64,000 nt of DNA, taken from an uncultured delta proteobacterium. Its GTDB lineage: Bacteria; Myxococcota; Myxococcia; Myxococcales; Myxococcaceae. This document shows, in pieces, positions 58,551 to 64,000 of the stretch. Each line of letters starts with the position of its first letter. The first letter of the stretch is position 1. Under the pieces are notes generated by a model. The model had not been told where the DNA came from. It did not search any database and worked only from the letters and a program-made list of their open reading frames with translations. The stretch is from contig CAVYSY010000046.1 in the NCBI GenBank assembly GCA_963771175.1, positions 64,001-128,000 of the forward strand. The letters run 5' to 3'. Both the position numbers and the translations under genes were made by a program.

Positions 58551-59855
58551 ATGTCTTTCCTGAATCCGTTCATCGTCAACTTCGAGGAGTGGAAGAATCT
58601 CGCCAGGGAGACAGGGGGCCCAGAGCGCCGCTCGATGGGGGATGTGGGGAGGGAGCGGCGGCATGGATCGGGAACGTTACCGTCCGAGCTGAGCAAGGAG
58701 CCATTTCAGGTCTCCATCCACGAGGAGATCCTCGCGGATCTCCGCCAGCGCCTGTCGAGGACGCGCTGGGCGGAGGACTGGGGCAACGAGAACTGGGCCT
58801 ATGGCACCGAGCAGGGTTACCTCTCGGAGCTCGTGCGCTATTGGGTGAAGGACTTCGACTGGCGCGCCCAGGAGCGGGCCATCAACGCCTTCAATCACTA
58901 CCGCACCAGCATCGACGGCATCCCCCTGCACTTCATCCACGAGCAGGGTCGGGGGCCGCGTCCCATTCCGCTCCTGCTGACCCATGGCTGGCCCTGGACG
59001 TTCTGGGACATGCAGAAGCTCATCCGTCCCCTGACCCATCCGGCCGAGTTCGGGGGAGATCCAGCGGATGCGTTCGATGTGGTGGTGCCATCGCTGCCCG
59101 GCTATGGCTTTTCCACGCCCCTGCGCAAGGCGCGGGTGAGCTGCTGGTCGACGGCGGACCTCTGGGTCAGGCTCATGCAGGACGTGCTCGGTTACTCTCG
59201 CTTTGGCGCGCACGGTGGTGACTACGGGGCGATCATCAGCGCCCAGCTCGGCCACAAGTACGCCGACCGGTTGATCGGCGCCCACATCACGCTCCCGGTG
59301 CCCCTGGAGGTCATCACCAAGGGCCTCCCGCCTCCCTCCGAGTACGGCCCCGATGAGCAGGAGGCCCTGCAGCGCACGCTGATGTACTTCTCGGACGGCG
59401 GCGGCTACTCGAGCATCCAGAGCACCCGCCCGCAGACGCTCTCGTATGCCATGCACGATTCGCCGGCGGGCATGTGCGCGTGGATTCTCGAGAAGCGCAG
59501 GGCCTGGAGCGACTGCGGTGGGGACGTCGAGAAGGTCTTCTCCAAGGACGACCTGCTCACCACGATGACCCTCTACTGGGCCACCCAGAGCTTCGACTCC
59601 GCCGCGCGCTTCTACTACGAGACGGCTCACAATCCCTGGGAGCCCTCGCACACGCGCGAGCGGGTGGTCGAGGCTCCCACCGCCGTGGCCATCTTCCCGA
59701 AGGACATCTTCCAGATGCCGCGGCGCTGGGCCGAGCGGTACTACAACCTCCAGCGCTGGACGGTCTTCCCCGAGGGCGGACACTTCGCTCCCATGGAGCA
59801 GCCGGAGCGCCTCATCGAGGACATCCGGGCCTTCTTCCGGCCGTTGCGCGGCTGA
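58551..59855 (+). CDS. Epoxide hydrolase (EHN plus alpha/beta hydrolase)
   Basis: FDWRAQE, HGWP, PSLPGYGFS, GGDYG nucleophile, GGHFAPMEQP. Confidence 0.92.
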   Translation: MSFLNPFIVNFEEWKNLARETGGPERRSMGDVGRERRHGSGTLPSELSKEPFQVSIHEEILADLRQRLSRTRWAEDWGNENWAYGTEQGYLSELVRYWVKDFDWRAQERAINAFNHYRTSIDGIPLHFIHEQGRGPRPIPLLLTHGWPWTFWDMQKLIRPLTHPAEFGGDPADAFDVVVPSLPGYGFSTPLRKARVSCWSTADLWVRLMQDVLGYSRFGAHGGDYGAIISAQLGHKYADRLIGAHITLPVPLEVITKGLPPPSEYGPDEQEALQRTLMYFSDGGGYSSIQSTRPQTLSYAMHDSPAGMCAWILEKRRAWSDCGGDVEKVFSKDDLLTTMTLYWATQSFDSAARFYYETAHNPWEPSHTRERVVEAPTAVAIFPKDIFQMPRRWAERYYNLQRWTVFPEGGHFAPMEQPERLIEDIRAFFRPLRG

Positions 59856-59916
59856 ACATTCAACGCCCGAAACACGTGCTTCCCCCCGAGGGGAGCCGTG
59901 TATACGGTGGGGCTCT

Positions 59917-61254
59917 ATGCCGAAGGCTCCTCCGAAACCCGCCGTGCGCAAGGCGGATCCTGTCCTGCAGTCCCTGTTCGACGTTCAGGAGGCCACGCTT
60001 CCCAACGGCCTCAAGGTGCGCCTGCTCGCCAACCACCAGACGCCGGTGGTGAGCCTTTACACCTTCTTCCAGGTGGGCAGCCGCAACGAGCGTCCTGGCA
60101 TCACCGGCATCAGCCACCTCTTCGAGCACATGATGTTCAACGGGGCGAAGAAGTACGGCCCCAAGAAGTTCGACCGGGTGCTCGAGTCCAACGGCGGCCG
60201 CTCCAACGCGTACACGTCCACGGACATGACGGTGTACTACGAGGACTTCGCCGCCGAGGCGCTGGAGACGGTGTTGGATCTGGAGTCGGACCGGATGCGC
60301 TCGCTGCGCATCAACGACGACTCGCTGACGAGCGAGCGCCAGGTGGTGATGGAGGAGCGCCGCGTCCGGGTGGACAACGACATCACCGGGACGATGGACG
60401 AGGAGCTGGGCACGCTCGTCTGGAAGGCGCACGCGTACCGCTGGCCGGTCATCGGGTGGATGAAGGACATCGAGAACATCACCCGCAAGGACTGCGAGCA
60501 GTACTTCCGCACGTACTACGCGCCCAGCAACGCGGTGCTCTACATCTGCGGGGCGATCGATCCGAAGAAGACGCTGGCGCTGGTGCGCCGCTACTACGGG
60601 AACATCCCCAAGGGCCCCAAGCCCGAGCCCGTGCTCGACGCCGAGCCCGAGCAGAAGGGCGAGCGCCGCGCCGAGGTGCGTCACCCCGCCCAGTCCCCCT
60701 CGCTGATGATCGCCTTCCGCGGCCCGGCGGCGCGCGACGAGGACACGTTCGTGCTGGACATCATCCAGTACGCGCTGACGAAGGGCGAGGGCAGCCGGCT
60801 GGTGAAGAAGCTCGTCTATGACACGCAGCTCGCCATCTCGGTGATGGTGGACTGGGGCTGGCGGGTCGATCCGGGGGCCATCATCGTCTACCTGGAGCTC
60901 AAGCCGGATTCGGAGCCGCGCAAGGTGGAGGAGGCCCTCTACGCCGAGCTGGCGCGCGTGGCCAGCGAGGGCCTGACGGAGCGCGAGCTGCAGAAGGCGA
61001 AGAACAACCTGCGGGCGGATCACCTGCGGGAGCTGGCGACGAACAGCGGGCGGGCCCATGCCATGGGCCACTACGAGATGCTGCTGGGCTCGTGGCAGGA
61101 CGGGTTGTCGCTGCCCTCGGTGTACGCGACCACCACCAACGAGAAGGTGAAGGAAGTGGCCGCGAAGTACTTCATGCCCGAGCGCCGCTCCGTGGTGACG
61201 CTCATTCCCGCAGCGGATACGACTGACGGAGCAGATGGAAAGGATGTCGAGTAG
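59917..61254 (+). CDS. M16-family zinc peptidase, catalytic subunit
   Basis: Inverted zinc motif HLFEH, NAYTS, YYAPSNA. Confidence 0.93.
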   Translation: MPKAPPKPAVRKADPVLQSLFDVQEATLPNGLKVRLLANHQTPVVSLYTFFQVGSRNERPGITGISHLFEHMMFNGAKKYGPKKFDRVLESNGGRSNAYTSTDMTVYYEDFAAEALETVLDLESDRMRSLRINDDSLTSERQVVMEERRVRVDNDITGTMDEELGTLVWKAHAYRWPVIGWMKDIENITRKDCEQYFRTYYAPSNAVLYICGAIDPKKTLALVRRYYGNIPKGPKPEPVLDAEPEQKGERRAEVRHPAQSPSLMIAFRGPAARDEDTFVLDIIQYALTKGEGSRLVKKLVYDTQLAISVMVDWGWRVDPGAIIVYLELKPDSEPRKVEEALYAELARVASEGLTERELQKAKNNLRADHLRELATNSGRAHAMGHYEMLLGSWQDGLSLPSVYATTTNEKVKEVAAKYFMPERRSVVTLIPAADTTDGADGKDVE

Positions 61255-62619
61255 ATGGCCACCCGAGCCACGAGCAAGAAGAAGGCAGCCCCCACCACGA
61301 CGGTGGCCCTGACGCTGCCCGCCATCCACGAGAGCACCACCTCCAGCGGGTTGAAGGTGCTGGCCGCCGAGCGCGGGCCCCTGCCGCTGGTGGCCGCGCG
61401 GCTCGTCATCCGGGCCGGCAGCTCCACGGATCCGAAGGACAAGCACGGCCTGGCGGACTTCACCGCGCGCCTGCTGCGCCGGGGCACGGCGAAGATGAGC
61501 GCGGACGAGATCGACGAGACGATCGAGTTCGTCGGAGCGAGCTTCTCGGTGGGAGCCAACGAGGACCTGCTGTCGCTCTTCGTCGTCACGCCGGCCGAGC
61601 ACTTCCCGGCGATGCTGTCCATGCTGGGGCAGATCGTCCGCGAGCCCGCCTTCCCGGAGCGCGAGTTCGACATGGCGAAGATGCGGGCGCTGGCGGGCTT
61701 CGCCAACGATCTGGATGATCCGTCGGTGATCGCCGATCGGGCCTTCACGCGGGCGCTGTGGGGGGACCACCCGTACGGCCACGACGTGGGGGGCAGCACG
61801 CCGCACGTGCTCTCCTTCCAGCGGGAGGACGTGGTGCGCTTCCACCGGGAGCGGATGGGACCTCGGGTGGCGCTGCTGACGGTGGTGGGCGCGGTGAGCC
61901 CGAAGCGGGTGGCCGAGGAGGCGGAGAAGGCTTTCGCCGGCTGGGAGGGCGGGCCGGAGTCGCTGGCGGAACTGCCGCCGGGAGACAAGGTGGCCACGGG
62001 CCGGGTGCTGCTGGTGGACAAGCCGGAGCAGACGCAGTCGCAGGTGCGCATCGGCGGGCCGGGCTTCCGGCTCGGCCACCCGGACTACTTCCCGTCCACG
62101 GCGATGAACATCGCGCTGGGCGGAGGCTTCACCTCTCGGCTGGTGAACGAGGTGCGCGTGGAGCGCGGCCTGACGTACGGCATCCACAGCTACTTCGATA
62201 CGATGAACGCCGGGGGCGTGTTCGGCATCTCCACCTTCACCAAGACGGAGAACACGCGGGAGATCATCGACGTGTCGCTCGCCGAGGTGGCGAAGGTGCG
62301 TGAGGCGGGGATTCCCACGGCGGAGCTGAAGAAGGCCCAGCGCTACCTGGCGGGGCTGTACCCGCTGCGCACGGAGACGAACGAGTCCGTGGCATCGGTC
62401 ATCAGCGACATCCGGCTGAACGGGCTCGGGGACGACTGGGTGGAGAAGTTCCGCGAGCGGCTGCTGGCGGTGACCTCGAAGCAGACGGTGGCGGTGGCGG
62501 CGAAGTACCTGTTCGCGAAGTCGCCGCTCATCGTGGTGCTGGGGCGGGCCGAGGAAGTGAAGAAGCAGCTCAAGGGGCTGGGGCCGGTGACGGTGGTGCC
62601 AGCCACGGACTACCAGTGA
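61255..62619 (+). CDS. M16-family peptidase, non-catalytic partner subunit
   Basis: No HxxEH; LGGGFTSRL..VRVERGLTY motif; starts immediately after the catalytic gene. Confidence 0.9.
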   Translation: MATRATSKKKAAPTTTVALTLPAIHESTTSSGLKVLAAERGPLPLVAARLVIRAGSSTDPKDKHGLADFTARLLRRGTAKMSADEIDETIEFVGASFSVGANEDLLSLFVVTPAEHFPAMLSMLGQIVREPAFPEREFDMAKMRALAGFANDLDDPSVIADRAFTRALWGDHPYGHDVGGSTPHVLSFQREDVVRFHRERMGPRVALLTVVGAVSPKRVAEEAEKAFAGWEGGPESLAELPPGDKVATGRVLLVDKPEQTQSQVRIGGPGFRLGHPDYFPSTAMNIALGGGFTSRLVNEVRVERGLTYGIHSYFDTMNAGGVFGISTFTKTENTREIIDVSLAEVAKVREAGIPTAELKKAQRYLAGLYPLRTETNESVASVISDIRLNGLGDDWVEKFRERLLAVTSKQTVAVAAKYLFAKSPLIVVLGRAEEVKKQLKGLGPVTVVPATDYQ

Positions 62620-63321
62620 GCGACATCCGCGTTCTCTTCGAGGGCGCGGGGCTGCTCGCGGTGGACAAGCCGGCGGGGATGCTCGTCATCCCCGGTCGCG
62701 GCGAGGGAAGCGGGCCGTCACTGCGCGAGGTGTTGGAGGCGAAGCTCGGGCGGAAGGTGTACGTGGTGCACCGGCTGGATCGGGACACCTCGGGGGTGAT
62801 GGTGTTCGCCCTGGATGCCGGAGAAGCACCGGACGCTGTCGATGGCCTTCGAGTCCGGGAAGGTGCGCAAGCGCTACCTGGCGCTGGTGGAGGGCCGGGT
62901 GGAGGCGCCGCGGGTGGTGGACGCGGCGCTGGTGCCGGCGCGCAAGGGGCGCATGCGGGTGGCGCGGCCGGGCGAGGAGGGGAAGCCCTCGCGCACGCGG
63001 GTGCGGCCGGTGGAGGTGTTCGCGGCGGCCTCGCTGGTGGAGGCCGAGCCCCTCACGGGCCGGACGCATCAGATCCGCGTGCACCTGCTGTCGGAGGGGC
63101 ACCCGTTGCTGGTGGATCACCAGTACGGGCGGGACGAGCCCCTGAAGGCGAAGGAGCTGGGCGGGGAAGGGGAGGAGGAGGTGCTGGCGCGGACGCCCCT
63201 GCACGCGGCGCGGCTGGAGTGGCCGGCGCTGCCGGGAGTGGAGGCGCGAGCGCTGGAGTCCCCCCTCCCGGCGGATATGGCGCGAGCCGTGGAACTGCTG
63301 CGCAAGGCGCCCTCGCTCTAG
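62616..63321 (+). CDS. RluA-family pseudouridine synthase, frameshift near 62820
   Basis: VDKPAG, HRLDRDTSG, TGRTHQIRVHL, LHA. Confidence 0.92.
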
Positions 63322-64000
63322 GCCACACCCCGGCCGCGCTGGGCGAGCTGCTCGGCGATCTCCGGGGTGGAACGGACCTCGGCCAGCGCGGGCTCCTGGT
63401 CGAGCGTCTCGAAGTCGTCGTAACCCGCCTGCAGCGCGCGCTTCAGCAGGTCCGTGGCCCGCTCCACCTGGCCGGCGCGCGCGTAATGGCAGGCGGCCTG
63501 ATACGCATCCTCCGCGCGCCCCGAGGCCTCGAAGGCGGTGGCTTGGAGCTCCGCCGCCGCGCCGAAGTCACCCCGGGCCGCCGCCACGTCCGCCAGCCGC
63601 GCGTTGCGCGGGGCCGGCGTCTTCCAGGCGAACTCCCGGGCGATGCGCTCCGCCTCGTCCAGCCGCTGGGCCTTCGTCAGCAGGTGCACCGCCAGTGCGG
63701 CGGCCTGATCCGTGGGCTCCTTCTCCACCGCGGCGAGCGCGTGGGGCAGGGCGCGATCCGGCATGCCCAGGGTGTTGAAGGCCATGGCCAGGCTGTAGGG
63801 CCGCGCGGCCTGGGGCGGCTCCACCTTCTCCAGGTGTGACACGGCGGCGCGGGCATTGCCCTCGGCGAGCGACACCCAGGCGAGCAGATCCCTCACCGCG
63901 TTGCTCTCCGGACCCGGCTTCGCCGCCGACAGGGCCAGGTGCCCCAGCCGGGCCGCCTCGGTCTCATTGCCGGAGCGCAGGGCCTGCCAGGCGCGAGCGA
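63318..64000 (-). CDS. TPR-repeat protein, C-terminal part (5' end outside window)
   Basis: Helical repeats, AYQAACHYARAG..ALQAGY TPR-end motif. Confidence 0.7.
   Translation of the reverse strand, partial: ARAWQALRSGNETEAARLGHLALSAAKPGPESNAVRDLLAWVSLAEGNARAAVSHLEKVEPPQAARPYSLAMAFNTLGMPDRALPHALAAVEKEPTDQAAALAVHLLTKAQRLDEAERIAREFAWKTPAPRNARLADVAAARGDFGAAAELQATAFEASGRAEDAYQAACHYARAGQVERATDLLKRALQAGYDDFETLDQEPALAEVRSTPEIAEQLAQRGRGVA

Noticed and set aside
59917..62619. Second M16 gene lacking HxxEH as a pseudogene or a novelty
   Set aside because: Catalytic plus non-catalytic heterodimeric M16B pairs are well known

Overview
GC-rich (~70% by eye) myxobacterial chromosome segment. SitA-like toxin, many Ser/Thr kinases, ftsB followed by a GAF-GAF-GGDEF gene and the CCTGTCCGAC palindrome all suggest an Archangium/Cystobacter/Myxococcus relative. 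About 50 CDS; no rRNA, tRNA or CRISPR array was seen. 1-10.6 kb: pilT 3' end, a GT-C-like membrane protein, two secreted proteins, VanW, an Rpn nuclease, MFS, polyprenyl synthase with a GbsR/MarR regulator, and GGCT. 10.6-34.2 kb looks accessory: lipoprotein toxin-immunity pair, CHASE histidine kinase, giant Ser/Thr-ATPase-GAF-His kinase, putative glycoside hydrolase lipoprotein, orphan GspE/PilB ATPase, FIST sensor, SBBP propeller, DPBB-golvesin protein, DUF808 and two Ser/Thr kinase-like genes. 34.2-41.5 kb is the glgE-treS-pep2-glgB alpha-glucan operon. The right half is mostly core: PHP, FmdB, fur-tlpA-ftsB-dmxA-methyltransferase, 5'-nucleotidase, pseudokinase with a LuxR regulator, epoxide hydrolase, M16 peptidase pair and RluA. 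Many 1-nt indels, densest at 46.9-52.9 kb, split conserved genes and are probably sequencing or assembly errors. All family calls come from reading motifs by eye; no searches were run.
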